Shown here: piece by piece, positions 30,789 to 41,868 of the stretch
How positions within the stretch are numbered: position 1 is the first letter of the stretch
Layout: the number at the start of each line of letters is the position of its first letter
Origin: Gemmatimonadota bacterium
GTDB taxonomy: Bacteria; Gemmatimonadota; Gemmatimonadetes; Gemmatimonadales; Gemmatimonadaceae
DNA length: 64,000 nucleotides
Direction: 5' to 3'
NCBI GenBank assembly: GCA_040389905.1
Contig: JAZJZK010000041.1
Coordinates: 18,798 to 82,797, forward strand
Translations under genes and position numbers: made by a program
The notes under the pieces: generated by a model
Database searches by the model: none
The model's input: the letters and a program-made list of their open reading frames with translations, nothing else
Told to the model about the DNA's origin: nothing

Positions 30789-33245
30789 GTGACAGGGCGC
30801 CGCATTCTCGTCGGTGCCATTGTCGCGGTGGCGCTCGTGCTCCTCGTGGGCCGTTGGAGCGCATCGCTCTATGCCGATTTCCTCTGGTTCGACGCGCTGG
30901 GGGCCCGCGAAGTCTGGCAAGCGAAGGTCGTCGCGACCGGCATACTGACGCTGCTGTCGTTTCTCGCCGCGTCGTCCTTCGCGTTCATCAACCTGTTCGC
31001 CGTTCGGCGGTCGGTGGTGTCGCTCGTGCTTCCGCGGCGCATCGCGAACATCGAGATCGGTGAGGAAGTCCCCGGCAAGTATCTCGTCGCGGCGGTCGTC
31101 GCAATGTCCGTGGTGCTCGGTGCGGCCATGACCTTTCCGGGAGATCAGTGGCACGCAGCGCTGCTGGCCCGAATCGGGCGCTCATTCGGCGAACTGGACC
31201 CCTATCTCGACGAAGATGTGGGATTCTTCGTCTATCGGTTGCCGTTCGAAGAGGCCGTCCACATGTGGGCGGTCGCCGTACTGGTCGTCGTGTCGATCCT
31301 CGTGATCCTGCTCTACGCCCTCACGCCGAGCCTGCGTTGGGAGCGCGGGTCACTCTATGTGTCGGCCTACGTGCGGCGTCACTTCACCATGCTCGGCGCC
31401 GTTCTGCTCCTCGTGCTCGCGTGGAGCTATCGCCTCTCGATGTATCGATTGCTGTCCTTCGGGAGTGGACCCGCCGGCATCTTCACCCTCGTCGATCACC
31501 ATGCGCTGATTCCGGCGACACTGCTCCTTTCCGTGGTAGCGCTGTGTGCGGCGGTCGTTGTCGCGTGGGCGGGTTGGACGGGCCAGACTCGGCTCGCCTT
31601 TTTCGCGGTGAGTGCCGTCCTCGTCCTGTCGCTCATGTCGCGTACGATCGCTCCCCTGGCCGTACGCCGTTCCGTCGATGCCGCCGATCAGCGGCGACAA
31701 GAATTGAGCTACATGAGCACGCGACTCACCTTCACCCGTCGGGCGTACGGTGTGGATCGCATGCGTGCCGAATCACTTGGTACCGGCTTCGCTAACGCCG
31801 CCGATGTCGCGACGCGCCTCGCAGTCTGGGACGGAGGCTCACTCGGCAGGGCCGCCGAGCGGTTGCGGCACGTGCGGATTCTCGGCGACGGGCCCGCGTG
31901 GGAAGCGACGCCGAGCGGAATCACCGCGGCACTCGTGGAGAATGGCACGGAGGGTAATCCGGAATCACGCGACGTCTGGAATATTTCGCGCTTCGATGCC
32001 TCGTCCGCAGACGATCACGGACTGCCGTTGCGCGCGCTCCCGCCGCTCGTATCATCGGAGGACATCAACGGTGGAGAGCCGGCCGTCTACGACGCAGCCC
32101 CGAGCTACAGCGTGCTGTCCGACTCCGCTCGTCAGTTGGCTGGCGTGGAGATGGTGTCGACGCGGTCGCGCCTGATGCATGCATGGAGCCTTCAAAACTT
32201 CCGGCTGCTTTTCGGCGATCTTCCCGCGAATCGGCCGGTCATGGTGCAACGACGTGACGTTCGCGAGCGAATCGCGGCGATCACGCCGTTCTTCGTCCAG
32301 GGCAGCGAAGTCGTTCCCGTGATTGCGAGCGACACGCTCTACTGGATCGTGGAGCTCTACTCCGCCTCTGTCCGATATCCGCTGGCGCAACGCTTTACGG
32401 TGCTTGGTGAGGAGCGTGGGTACTTCCAGCATGCCGCCACGGCGATCGTGCATGCCCCGTCGGGACACGTCCGCATCGTGAATGGGACGAATCCGGATCC
32501 CGTCGCCATGAGCTGGATTGGCCGCTTTCCGCATTTGTTCCGTCCGTCTAGTTCAGTTGCCCCTGCGCTGAGGGCGGCGTTGCCGCCGATCACTGATGCA
32601 GCACGAACTCAGGCGCTCGCCTTCGCCGTCGCCGGTTTTCGCGGCGACAACCTCGAAGCGCGTCACATCGCGGCACTCGATGGGGCAGATTCAGCGTCGT
32701 CCCGCGAGCCATCGCATGCGATGATTCCCTCGATTCCCGGAGTGTCGGCGTTCTGGCCGCTCCTCGATTCGACCGATCGAGTGCGTGGGCTCGTCGTGGC
32801 CACCGGTGGTGCGGCGCGCGTGACGTCCTGGTTGCCCATGGCGAGCGACGGGAATCGCTGGAGTGCCGTCCTCGACCGAATGCGTGCCATCGACTCCGCC
32901 GTCCATGAACCGAACTGGGTTCGCGCGCCCCTCCGGGTCGTGCCGGCCGACGGCCAGCCGCTCTACGTGCAGCCGACCTTCCAATCGCGGCCAGGATTCT
33001 CGCCCTCGCTGGCGCGCGTTACCGTTTTTCGGGCGGACAGCCTGCACGTGGGCCCGACGCTCGCAACCGCACTGGGAGCGGCGCCCAATAGCGCAGGCCG
33101 CGAGCCCGGCAGCGCCCCCGATCTGCGGTTGCGCGCCGATAGTCTGTACCGCGTCATGCGCGAGGCGATGACACGGGGCGACTGGACCACATTCGGGCGC
33201 GCGTTCGATGCGCTGGGATTGGCGTTGCGCGTCACGCCGCGGTGA
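30789..33245 (+). CDS. UPF0182 family membrane protein
   Basis: LYADFLWF, FGELDPYLDEDVGFFVYRLP, TRRAYG, RDVRERIAAITPF, LYWIVELY, LYVQP, GDWTTFG. Confidence 0.85.
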   Translation: MTGRRILVGAIVAVALVLLVGRWSASLYADFLWFDALGAREVWQAKVVATGILTLLSFLAASSFAFINLFAVRRSVVSLVLPRRIANIEIGEEVPGKYLVAAVVAMSVVLGAAMTFPGDQWHAALLARIGRSFGELDPYLDEDVGFFVYRLPFEEAVHMWAVAVLVVVSILVILLYALTPSLRWERGSLYVSAYVRRHFTMLGAVLLLVLAWSYRLSMYRLLSFGSGPAGIFTLVDHHALIPATLLLSVVALCAAVVVAWAGWTGQTRLAFFAVSAVLVLSLMSRTIAPLAVRRSVDAADQRRQELSYMSTRLTFTRRAYGVDRMRAESLGTGFANAADVATRLAVWDGGSLGRAAERLRHVRILGDGPAWEATPSGITAALVENGTEGNPESRDVWNISRFDASSADDHGLPLRALPPLVSSEDINGGEPAVYDAAPSYSVLSDSARQLAGVEMVSTRSRLMHAWSLQNFRLLFGDLPANRPVMVQRRDVRERIAAITPFFVQGSEVVPVIASDTLYWIVELYSASVRYPLAQRFTVLGEERGYFQHAATAIVHAPSGHVRIVNGTNPDPVAMSWIGRFPHLFRPSSSVAPALRAALPPITDAARTQALAFAVAGFRGDNLEARHIAALDGADSASSREPSHAMIPSIPGVSAFWPLLDSTDRVRGLVVATGGAARVTSWLPMASDGNRWSAVLDRMRAIDSAVHEPNWVRAPLRVVPADGQPLYVQPTFQSRPGFSPSLARVTVFRADSLHVGPTLATALGAAPNSAGREPGSAPDLRLRADSLYRVMREAMTRGDWTTFGRAFDALGLALRVTPR

Positions 33246-33308
33246 GCTTGCCCGTGCTCTCGGTGAGGTCTAGCTTGTGTCCATCGAGAGCGGAACAGCA
33301 AACGAATG

Positions 33309-33380
33309 AACCACAGAGGTCACAGAGGACGCAGAGGACTGCATACGTCGTCCTCTGTGTCCTCCGTGACCTCTGTGGTT
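33309..33380. repeat. REP-like palindrome (family B, 9-bp CACAGAGGA periodic)
   Basis: aaccacagaggtcacagaggacgcagaggac ... gtcctctgtgtcctccgtgacctctgtggtt. Confidence 0.85.
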
Positions 33381-33466
33381 AATGCTTTTTGGTTTGTGGT
33401 TGCATCCCGAGCAATTGCCGGGGTGCATGGAAACTGAATGACCATCGAAGCGGAGAAGCGAATCCC

Positions 33467-34612
33467 GTGAACATTCACGAATATCAGGCGAAGGACATTC
33501 TGCGCGCCGAAGGCGTCCCGATTCCCGCAGGCGAGGTCGCGACGACCGCCGAGGAGGCGGAGGCGATTGCGACCAAGTTCGGCGGCATGGTTGTCGTCAA
33601 GGCGCAGGTGCACGCCGGCGGCCGAGGAAAGGCGGGCGGTGTCAAGCTTGCCAAGACGCCAGCCGAAGCGAAGGAAATCGCTGGAAAGATCCTCGGGATG
33701 CAGATCAAGGGGCTCACGGTCTACAAGGTGCTCGTCACTGCCGCCGCCGACATCGCGAGCGAGGCGTATGTCGGCATCATTCTCGATCGCGCCACGAAGA
33801 AGCCGGTGTTCATGGTGAGCCCGGCCGGTGGCATCGACATCGAGGAAGTTGCCGCGACGACCCCGGAGAAGATCCTCAAGCTCCCCGTCGACACGCGATA
33901 CGGGCTCCAACCGTATCAGGCCTCGGAGCTTGGCTTCTTCCTGTTCGACGACATCAAGAAGGTGCGCGCCGCTTCGAAGATCATGATGGCGTTGTACCAG
34001 GCGTTCATGAAAAGCGGTGCCTCGCTCGCCGAGATCAACCCGCTCGTCGTCACCCCGGCGGGAGAGGTCATCGCGCTCGACGCCAAGATCTCCATCGACG
34101 ACAATGAGCTCGATCGTCATCCCGAGCTCGCAGCGTTGCGCGATGAAACAGCGGAAGAGCCGAGCGAGGTGGATGCGCGCAACTCGCACCTCACCTTCAT
34201 CAAGCTCGACGGCGACGTCGGCTGCGTCGTCAACGGCGCGGGGCTCGCGATGGCCACGATGGACCTTGTGAAGTACTACGGCGGCGAGCCGGCCAACTTC
34301 CTCGATATCGGCGGGTCGTCGAATCCGGAGAAGGTCGTGAACGCGCTGCGCATCATTACCGCCGATCCGAGCGTGAAGGCGATCCTGTTCAACATCTTCG
34401 GCGGCATCACGCGCACTGACGACGTGGCGAACGGTATCGTCACGGCGACGAAGGCCAATCCGCTGAAGATCCCGATTGTCATTCGACTGACGGGCACCAA
34501 CGAAGAGATTGCGATGAAGATTCTGACGGAGAACGGATTCAGCGCGTCGTCCGACATGGACGAAGCGGTCAAGAAGGCTGTCGAGCTCGCGAAGGGAGGG
34601 AAGGCAGCGTGA
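33467..34612 (+). CDS. sucC: Succinyl-CoA synthetase beta subunit
   Basis: GTG start, [39 protein letters not shown]. Confidence 0.97.
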   Translation: MNIHEYQAKDILRAEGVPIPAGEVATTAEEAEAIATKFGGMVVVKAQVHAGGRGKAGGVKLAKTPAEAKEIAGKILGMQIKGLTVYKVLVTAAADIASEAYVGIILDRATKKPVFMVSPAGGIDIEEVAATTPEKILKLPVDTRYGLQPYQASELGFFLFDDIKKVRAASKIMMALYQAFMKSGASLAEINPLVVTPAGEVIALDAKISIDDNELDRHPELAALRDETAEEPSEVDARNSHLTFIKLDGDVGCVVNGAGLAMATMDLVKYYGGEPANFLDIGGSSNPEKVVNALRIITADPSVKAILFNIFGGITRTDDVANGIVTATKANPLKIPIVIRLTGTNEEIAMKILTENGFSASSDMDEAVKKAVELAKGGKAA

Positions 34613-35478
34613 GCATCTTCATCGACAACTCGACGACGCTGATCGTGCAGGGCATCACCGGACGCGATGGCGGGTTCCATACGAAGCAGATGATCGAGTA
34701 CGGCACGAAGGTCGTCGGTGGCGTGACGCCGGGGAAAGGCGGCCAGACCTTCGAAAACAGCGTGCCCGTATTCAACACCGTGCATGAGGCGGTTCAGAAG
34801 ACGGGCGCGAACACGTCGGTCATCTACGTTCCGCCGATGTATGCGGCGGACGCCATGATGGAAGCGGCGGACGCGGGCATCAAGTTCATCGTCTGCATCA
34901 CCGAAGGCGTGCCCGTGCTCGACATGACGCGCGTCTACCCCTTCGTGAAGGAGAAGGGTGCGCGGCTCCTCGGACCGAACTGTCCGGGCCTCATCACGCC
35001 GGGCCAGAGCAAGGTCGGCATCATTCCCGGGCGCATCTGCACGCCGGGCAACATCGGCGTTGTGAGCCGCTCCGGAACGCTGACGTATGAAATCGTCTAC
35101 CAGCTCACCCGCGCGGGAATGGGGCAGAGTAGCTGCGTCGGTATCGGTGGCGATCCGATCAACGGCACGAACTTCATCGATTGCCTCGAGGCATTCGAGA
35201 AGGATCCGCAGACGAAGGCCGTCGCCATGATGGGCGAGATTGGTGGCACGGACGAGCAGGAAGCGGCGGAGTTCGTCGCGAAGCACATGACGAAGCCCGT
35301 GGTGGGGTTCATTGCGGGACAGACTGCACCTCCGGGGCGCCGCATGGGTCACGCTGGCGCCATCATTTCCGGATCCGCGGGAACGGCCGCTGAAAAGATC
35401 GAGTCCTTCGAGAAGGCGGGCATGGGCGTCGCCAAGCGTCCGATCGACTTCGTCGCGCTGCTCCAAGCCCGCATGTGA
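34609..35478 (+). CDS. sucD: Succinyl-CoA synthetase alpha subunit
   Basis: [27 protein letters not shown]. Confidence 0.97.
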   Translation: MSIFIDNSTTLIVQGITGRDGGFHTKQMIEYGTKVVGGVTPGKGGQTFENSVPVFNTVHEAVQKTGANTSVIYVPPMYAADAMMEAADAGIKFIVCITEGVPVLDMTRVYPFVKEKGARLLGPNCPGLITPGQSKVGIIPGRICTPGNIGVVSRSGTLTYEIVYQLTRAGMGQSSCVGIGGDPINGTNFIDCLEAFEKDPQTKAVAMMGEIGGTDEQEAAEFVAKHMTKPVVGFIAGQTAPPGRRMGHAGAIISGSAGTAAEKIESFEKAGMGVAKRPIDFVALLQARM

Positions 35479-35488
35479 GAACCCAGTT

Positions 35489-36376
35489 GTGAGGCTGCGA
35501 GAGTTTCTCGCGCCGGAGCGCGCGGTCGTCGGATTGGCCGCGCGCACACTTCAGGTCGCGTCCGATGCCTTGTTGGACCGCCTGGCGAGCGCACACGGCG
35601 TCCTTGACGAAGCCAAGCTGCGACGAAAGCTCTCCACGGCGAAGCCGGAGGACGTCGTGGCCATGGGCGATCGGGCCTTCCTCGTCCACTTTCGCACGGA
35701 TGCGGTCGGCCAACTCCTCGTCGCCATCGGTGTGGCGCAGGAACCGATCGTCCAGCGTCTCGCCGATGACGAGGAACGACACGCCCGGATTGTGCTGCTC
35801 GTCGTCACGCCGCCGCGACACGCCGCTCGCTACCTCCAAGTGGTCGGGGCGTTAGCGAGACTGCTCCGTAAGCCCGACGTGCTCGCGACGATTCTCAGCG
35901 CTGAAAGCGCTGAAGGATTGATCGAGCTTCCGTGTTTTTCTGAATACCGATTGCCGGAGCAACTCACCGTGCGCGACGTGATGAGCGAGTCACCGCGAAC
36001 GGTGCAGGCGGATAGTTCGCTCCGCGATGCCGCGCGCACGCTCGTGCGCACCGGCCTCGGCGCCTTGCCGGTTGTCGACGCCGACGGCTTCATGCTCGGA
36101 ATCGTCAGCGAGCGCGAGATCATCCGAAACCTGCTGGCCGTTCAGGCGTTCACCGGCCCGGACGCGCGAGTGGCTGCGCCCGCGAATGCCGGGTCCAAGA
36201 CCGTTCGCGACGCGATGACGCGTCAGGTCCTCTGCGTCGCGCCGGAGCAACCGATCGCCGAAGTGGCATCATTGATGACGAACAAGGACGTAGAGCGAGT
36301 TCCGGTTGTGCGTGAGGGAAGACTGGTCGGTTTCCTGACCAGAGGGGATATTGTGAGGAAGTTGATTGGCACCTGA
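35489..36376 (+). CDS. PTS EIIA(Fru/Ntr)-like domain fused to a CBS pair
   Basis: N-terminal 'VVAMGDRAFLVHFRT...IVLLVVTP...YLQVVGALARLL'; C-terminal CBS repeats LTVRDVM...LPVVD...GIVSER and TVRDAMT...VPVV...GFLTRGD. Confidence 0.75.
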   Translation: MRLREFLAPERAVVGLAARTLQVASDALLDRLASAHGVLDEAKLRRKLSTAKPEDVVAMGDRAFLVHFRTDAVGQLLVAIGVAQEPIVQRLADDEERHARIVLLVVTPPRHAARYLQVVGALARLLRKPDVLATILSAESAEGLIELPCFSEYRLPEQLTVRDVMSESPRTVQADSSLRDAARTLVRTGLGALPVVDADGFMLGIVSEREIIRNLLAVQAFTGPDARVAAPANAGSKTVRDAMTRQVLCVAPEQPIAEVASLMTNKDVERVPVVREGRLVGFLTRGDIVRKLIGT

Positions 36377-36412
36377 TTCGGGCCACGGCCCGCACAACGA
36401 CGAGGAATAGAT

Positions 36413-36835
36413 ATGGCTGGCAACTATACACTGACGATCATCAAGCCCGACGCATTCGGCGCCGGCAAGGCCGGAAAGATTATTGCGCTGCTCGAGGAGA
36501 AGGGGTTCTCGATCGTCGCGGCGCGCGCGATGCGCATGACGAACGAGCAGGCGGGGCAGTTCTACGAGGTGCATCGTGAGCGTCCGTTTTACGGTGAACT
36601 CGTCGAGTTCATGACATCCGGCGCGTGCATGCCGATGATTCTTCGTCGTGAGAATGCCGTGCTGGCGCTCCGCGAGGGAATCGGCGCAACTGACCCCGCC
36701 GAGGCTGCGGAGGGCACGGTGCGCAAGCTGTACGCGGAATCAAAGGGACGTAACGCCATTCACGCTTCCGACTCGGACGAGAACGCCGCGCGCGAGGCGC
36801 GCTTCTTCTTTGCCGAGTGCGAGTGGTTGCGCTAG
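36413..36835 (+). CDS. ndk: Nucleoside diphosphate kinase
   Basis: [39 protein letters not shown]. Confidence 0.97.
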   Translation: MAGNYTLTIIKPDAFGAGKAGKIIALLEEKGFSIVAARAMRMTNEQAGQFYEVHRERPFYGELVEFMTSGACMPMILRRENAVLALREGIGATDPAEAAEGTVRKLYAESKGRNAIHASDSDENAAREARFFFAECEWLR

Positions 36836-39800
36836 TCGTACGGTCGAGGAGCCGGCTCGGCCGGTTCCTCGGCTGGTGGTCTGTCGTTGCAGTACTTCTC
36901 AGCACAGCAGCTGGTACGCTCCGCGCGCAATCCGACGGGACTGGCATGATTCAGGGATTCGTCCGCGACAGTGCGGGGAATCCAATCAGTGACGCGCTCG
37001 TCGTCGTCGCACGCAACGATGGCTCCTATGTGCGCCGATCCACATCCGACATCAAGGGCGTCTATCGCGTCGGGCTGTTGCCTCCCGGACGGTACAACCT
37101 CACAGCACAGCGCATCGGTTTTCTCCCATTCGGGGCGCGCGACATTGTCGTTGCCGCGAACTCAGTGCGGGCCTACAACGTGACGCTGCGGCACCGCGCC
37201 GTTGATCTCGCAGAAGTTGTGGTCAAGGCCGACGCGCCGATTGCGGAGCAAAAGAGTGCCGAGCTTGGTGCGACGCGCGTGACGAGCGAGGCCATTGCCA
37301 AGTTGCCAGTCGGCGCCGACGTCGAGCGACTCGTGGCGATGGCGCCGGGCGCCCGGGGTTCCAATCTGTGGGGGGCCGCCGGAACCGCCGCGAACAACTA
37401 TCAGCTCGACGGCGTGTCGATCATCAATCCGGGAATCGGCGGCGCTTTCGTGCAACCCAGTGTGCGCTGGATCGAGTCGCTCGAGGTCAAGGGGCTGGGC
37501 GCCGATGCCCAGGAGGGCAACTTTCAGGGCGGGCTCGTGAACGTCATCACCAAGACGGGAAGCAACACGCGCCACGCGTCCGTCGAGTTCAACCTCGAAG
37601 ACCAGTCGCTCAACGGAACCAACCTCACCCCGACGACGCTCGTTCCGGAGATCGCGGGGCGGCGTCAGTTCATCGGCCAGGTCAGCGGACCGATTGTTCG
37701 AGACCGGCTTTTCTACTATCTGGGCGGGGAGCTTCTTGCGGGGAACTATCGCTCGCTGGACCACTTGAATACTGACACGTCGTCATACGCACCGTTCACG
37801 CAGATGCGGACCGACGCCAAGGCATTCGGCAAGCTGACCTTCTCGCCCAACGATCGTGATCTGCTGAACCTGACCGGCACGTATTACAACAGACTGGTCG
37901 ATCACGCCGGCTTCAGTGGTCGCGAAACCGCAGAGGCGACGACGAACTTTCGGGCACCGACCACGCTGTTGAACGCGAGTTGGCAACGTGTCCTGAGCAC
38001 GGCGACGACGATCGAGGCGAAGCTCCTTGGCTTTGACGGACGCGAGGCTGACGTCCCCGTCGCAGGTCCGAATGTGCCGGGGATCTACACCTACCAACTG
38101 ACCACGACCCGCTCGTACCAGAACGCCCCGTTCACCATCGAGAAGCACGCTCGGAGCATGGGGGGCAGTTTTGCCGTCGATCACTACACGACGATCTCCG
38201 GCGCATCGCACCATGTTCGCGTGGGCGCCGAGTACAGCAGCGCCACGTGGACGGATCAGCGTACGCGCAACGGCGGCATGACATGGCGGCCGCGATACAA
38301 CTACCTCGATGGCTCGGACAAGACGTTCGACCCCGTGGACGCACTCACGTGGAACACGCAGACGCCAACCACGTGGGGAGGAGAAGTCGATCTCGCGACG
38401 CACACACTGAATGCGGCGGCGTATGTGCAGGACGAGATCAAGAAAGGCAACTTGTCGCTTTTCCCCGGCGTGCGAATTGGTTCCTGGCGCGGTGACCTCG
38501 ACCCCACGGTGCGCGGCGTCACCACTCGCACGAATGTCCTTTCGGACATAGGTCTCGATCCGCGACTCGGCGTGACGCTTTTTCTTCCCGATCCAGATAC
38601 ACCGACTCGGCTGGCGGCGCATCTCGGGAGATATCATCAGAGCGCCTTCGGAGAACTGTTCGACCGCGCGCAGGGTGCGAACGCCTATACGGACCAGGAG
38701 GTGTGGGAGTACTCTGGACCCGCATTCAGCAACCCGAACCGCATCATCACCAGGGCGGAGCGCGATGCGCTCGCATCGCAGGGGAAGTTTCGGCAAATCG
38801 AGAACGTCGTATTGTCGCAGTCCGGGCCGGTGCGGAACTATCATCAGCCGTACGTCGATCAACTGGTCGCAGGCTTCGACGTCCGCCCGAACAGTCATTG
38901 GCGCGCCGAGATGCTCTTCGTCGGGCGCGACAATCACGACATGGTGGCGCTGGTTGACGGAAACATCGCGACGAACTATCGCAAGTGGGACTATGTGAGC
39001 GTCTATGACCGTCGTGGCAATCTCGTCCTCGATTCGGATGGCAAGCCTCTCCTGCTGCGGAGCTTCTATGCACCGAATGACGCGATCGTCGCGACGATTC
39101 GCGCGGCGCTGGCGAATCCCGGTGGCGGTGTGGTCCTTCCGCCTGGTGTAACCCTGAAGGACACCACACTGCGGTTCACGCCGGACTATGCGGTGACGAA
39201 TCCGCCCGAGGCCAAGCGCCAGTTTCGCCAGTGGCAGATCACCGTTGACACGGATTTCCCAGCCTGGTCGAATACGGTCTCATTCGCCTTTAGCGGACTG
39301 AATGGAAACGTCTCCACGGATCTTGGCGGGTACGACCAAGTCAGCATCGGTGGCTTCGAGGCAATTCAGGGGCGTGGTCCGGGTCCCTTCGTTCGCCCGA
39401 ATGAAGCGATCAACTTCGAGGGGGGACTCGACAACGCGAGTTTTCTCACGATCAAGGAGCGTCTCCTGTTCGACCTGCCGTTCGATTTCCGCGGTGGAGT
39501 CATTGGGGAGTACATTTCGGGCGACCAGCTGACACCATCGTTCATCGTTGTGCCGGCGGCGTTCGTCTACAAGGTAGGAAACACCGAATTGTGGCCACTC
39601 CTGACGCAGGGTGTATCTCGGCAGCGATTCTACACGAAGCAGCAGGGCTCTCTTCGCTATAGTGGACGCACGACGGTCGATGTGCATCTCGAGCGCGCAT
39701 TCGTAACCGCGAGTGGGTCACTTACCCTGCTGGTCGATGGGTTCAACGTGTTCGGTGCACGGAATCCGACCCTGTTCAATACCGCATTGAGCTCGGATGC

Positions 39801-39888
39801 TGATCCCAACTCGCTAACGAAATTCGGAACCCCTCTTGCGCGCCAAGCGCCGCGACAACTGCGGGTAGGGGCTGCATTGAATTGGTAG
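36817..39888 (+). CDS. TonB-dependent/Oar-like outer-membrane receptor with N-terminal carboxypeptidase-regulatory-like domain
   Basis: Signal peptide; [12 protein letters not shown]...[12 protein letters not shown]; plug motifs NNYQLDG and [13 protein letters not shown]; ends [12 protein letters not shown]; start approximate. Confidence 0.85.
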   Translation: MRVVALVVRSRSRLGRFLGWWSVVAVLLSTAAGTLRAQSDGTGMIQGFVRDSAGNPISDALVVVARNDGSYVRRSTSDIKGVYRVGLLPPGRYNLTAQRIGFLPFGARDIVVAANSVRAYNVTLRHRAVDLAEVVVKADAPIAEQKSAELGATRVTSEAIAKLPVGADVERLVAMAPGARGSNLWGAAGTAANNYQLDGVSIINPGIGGAFVQPSVRWIESLEVKGLGADAQEGNFQGGLVNVITKTGSNTRHASVEFNLEDQSLNGTNLTPTTLVPEIAGRRQFIGQVSGPIVRDRLFYYLGGELLAGNYRSLDHLNTDTSSYAPFTQMRTDAKAFGKLTFSPNDRDLLNLTGTYYNRLVDHAGFSGRETAEATTNFRAPTTLLNASWQRVLSTATTIEAKLLGFDGREADVPVAGPNVPGIYTYQLTTTRSYQNAPFTIEKHARSMGGSFAVDHYTTISGASHHVRVGAEYSSATWTDQRTRNGGMTWRPRYNYLDGSDKTFDPVDALTWNTQTPTTWGGEVDLATHTLNAAAYVQDEIKKGNLSLFPGVRIGSWRGDLDPTVRGVTTRTNVLSDIGLDPRLGVTLFLPDPDTPTRLAAHLGRYHQSAFGELFDRAQGANAYTDQEVWEYSGPAFSNPNRIITRAERDALASQGKFRQIENVVLSQSGPVRNYHQPYVDQLVAGFDVRPNSHWRAEMLFVGRDNHDMVALVDGNIATNYRKWDYVSVYDRRGNLVLDSDGKPLLLRSFYAPNDAIVATIRAALANPGGGVVLPPGVTLKDTTLRFTPDYAVTNPPEAKRQFRQWQITVDTDFPAWSNTVSFAFSGLNGNVSTDLGGYDQVSIGGFEAIQGRGPGPFVRPNEAINFEGGLDNASFLTIKERLLFDLPFDFRGGVIGEYISGDQLTPSFIVVPAAFVYKVGNTELWPLLTQGVSRQRFYTKQQGSLRYSGRTTVDVHLERAFVTASGSLTLLVDGFNVFGARNPTLFNTALSSDADPNSLTKFGTPLARQAPRQLRVGAALNW

Positions 39889-39927
39889 GGCGCGGATTCA
39901 AGAATTTCCCCAGAAGGCCCCGTTTCA

Positions 39928-40013
39928 GGAGCGGATGGGACAGATGCGACGGAAACCACCAGATCAAGGGATTGACCCGTTAAGTTTCCCGCTGCATCCG
40001 TTCAATCTGCTCC
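39928..40013. repeat. Imperfect palindromic element (family C-like)
   Basis: ggagcggatgggacagatgcgacggaaa ... tttcccgctgcatccgttcaatctgctcc; same CGGAT periodicity as 11739-11832. Confidence 0.55.
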
Positions 40014-40086
40014 TCAAATATTCACTGGGCCGCTGGGGGATCAGGCATTGGGCGGCGCGACCCGTAACTATCCGTGGCAAACGGAC

Positions 40087-40115
40087 TTGTGAAGAGCCAT
40101 TGTGAGCAGTAATTT
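40087..40115 (+). promoter_or_regulatory. Putative sigma70 promoter for yceD-rpmF-fab
   Basis: TTGTGA - 17 bp - TAATTT, ending 8 nt before the ATG at 40124. Confidence 0.45.
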
Positions 40116-40123
40116 ACTTGGCT

Positions 40124-40603
40124 ATGCTGTCCTTTGACATTCGGTCACTCACCGAGCATGCCGTCGTCGTTGACGACACTTTGTCGGCCGATGATCCGGT
40201 GTGGGAGGAGGGGGATCCGAAGCCGTCGGAGCCGCTCCACGTACGGGGGCGATTGTCGTCGGCCGGGCCGGGCCGGTTCTATTGGCATGGCTCAATCGAA
40301 GGGGATGTTGCATTGGAGTGCAGCCGCTGTCTCGGCTCAGCCGGTGCCCATGTCTCCGACGAGGCGCATCTCATCTTCGCAGAAGCGGGGACCGAGGGCG
40401 TCGAAGATGATCCTGATGTGTTTCTGCTCGACGACCGAAAGCCGGACCTCGATCTCCGGCCCGCCCTTCGAGAGCAGTGGTTGTTGAACGTTCCAGGCTA
40501 CGCGTTGTGCCGGGAAGATTGTAAAGGGTTGTGTCCTAGCTGCGGTGCCGAGCTCAACCTCGGTCCATGCGATTGTAACTCAACGGCAGATTCTCGCGCT
40601 TGA
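40124..40603 (+). CDS. yceD: YceD/DUF177 family protein
   Basis: ECSRCL, LCREDCKGLCPSCG; conserved position before rpmF. Confidence 0.9.
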   Translation: MLSFDIRSLTEHAVVVDDTLSADDPVWEEGDPKPSEPLHVRGRLSSAGPGRFYWHGSIEGDVALECSRCLGSAGAHVSDEAHLIFAEAGTEGVEDDPDVFLLDDRKPDLDLRPALREQWLLNVPGYALCREDCKGLCPSCGAELNLGPCDCNSTADSRA

Positions 40604-40666
40604 GTCGCTCCGTAGCAGTCCGGACAAAGCCGATCCCCCGGTTCTTATCCTTATTCCGACCAGACA

Positions 40667-40849
40667 ATGGCCGTCCCGAAGCGCAGAACCAGTAAGCGAA
40701 AGAAGCGCGCCCGCAACACGCACAAGACCGCGCCGGCAATCGCAATTCAGAAGTGTCCGCGGTGCCAGGCGATGAAGCGTCCGCACCATGTGTGTGCCGA
40801 GTGCGGCTATTACGCCGGTGAACAGCGAGTAGCGGCCAAGGAAGCCTGA
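40667..40849 (+). CDS. rpmF: 50S ribosomal protein L32 (Zn-binding C+ form)
   Basis: MAVPKRRTSK, CPRC...HHVCAEC. Confidence 0.97.
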   Translation: MAVPKRRTSKRKKRARNTHKTAPAIAIQKCPRCQAMKRPHHVCAECGYYAGEQRVAAKEA

Positions 40850-40851
40850 CC

Positions 40852-41868
40852 TTGGCGCGGATCGCGTTGGACGCCATGGGGGGTGATTTTGCCCCTCAGG
40901 CGACCGTAGCCGGTGCGTTGCTCGCGCTCGCTGAGCTCGATCCCGTTCATACCATCCAACTCGTCGGCCGAACCGCCGTCGTAGAGGCGCAGTTGCGCGA
41001 CCTCCTCGACGGCGAATTGTCGACCCATGCATCGCACCGCGACCGCCTGTCCATCGTCGAGGCGCCAGACGTCATCGAGATGACCGACAAGCCCAGCGGT
41101 GTGCGCGGGAAGCCAAACAGCTCCATGATGGTCGGACTGCGGCTCCAGCAGGAGACCAAGTCCGACGCGTTCGTCTCGGCCGGAAGCACAGGCGCGCAGA
41201 TGGCTGCGTCGATGCTGCTGCTCCGGCTGCACGCCGGTCTCAAGCGCCCGGCGATCGCCACCTTTTTCCCCACCCTCGGCAACACCATCGTGGTGCTCGA
41301 TTCGGGCGCCAACGTCGATTGCTCGCCCGAAGAGCTCGTCCAGTTCGCGCGCCTTGGCGCCACCTATGCCCAGTGCGTGATGGGTCGCGAGAACCCTGCC
41401 GTCGGGCTGCTGAGCATTGGCGAGGAGGCGGAAAAGGGAAATGCCGTTACCAAGGACGCGCACCAACTCCTCCGTCAATCGGGGCTCAATTTCGTAGGCA
41501 ACGTGGAAGGCCGCGACATACCAGCCGGCCGCACCGAACATCATGCGCTCGACGTCGTCGTCTGCGACGGTTTTGTCGGGAACGTGCTGCTCAAGTTCTA
41601 CGAAGCGATCGCGCCGCTCATGATCGAGACGCTGCGCAAGGCCGGCGTCGATGGCGACCAGCTCGAATCGGGCCTCAAGCACCTCGATTACTCGGAGCAC
41701 GGTGGTGCCCCGTTGCTCGGGGTGCGCGGTGTGAGCATCATCGCGCACGGTAAATCCTCGTCGCGCGCAATCAAGAATGCGCTCAAGGCCGCGGCACAGG
41801 CGGTCACCAGCGGAATGAATGACCTCATTGGCGAGCGGCTGACCGCCGCCGAAGAGAACGCGGCGTGA
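40852..41868 (+). CDS. plsX: Phosphate acyltransferase
   Basis: IALDAMGGDFAP, SAGSTGA, LDSGANVD, DGFVGN. Confidence 0.96.
   Translation: MARIALDAMGGDFAPQATVAGALLALAELDPVHTIQLVGRTAVVEAQLRDLLDGELSTHASHRDRLSIVEAPDVIEMTDKPSGVRGKPNSSMMVGLRLQQETKSDAFVSAGSTGAQMAASMLLLRLHAGLKRPAIATFFPTLGNTIVVLDSGANVDCSPEELVQFARLGATYAQCVMGRENPAVGLLSIGEEAEKGNAVTKDAHQLLRQSGLNFVGNVEGRDIPAGRTEHHALDVVVCDGFVGNVLLKFYEAIAPLMIETLRKAGVDGDQLESGLKHLDYSEHGGAPLLGVRGVSIIAHGKSSSRAIKNALKAAAQAVTSGMNDLIGERLTAAEENAA

Noticed and set aside
40070..40090. GGCAAAC hairpin suggesting a c-di-GMP-I riboswitch
   Set aside because: No GAAA-capped P2 stem or downstream GCAAAGC element
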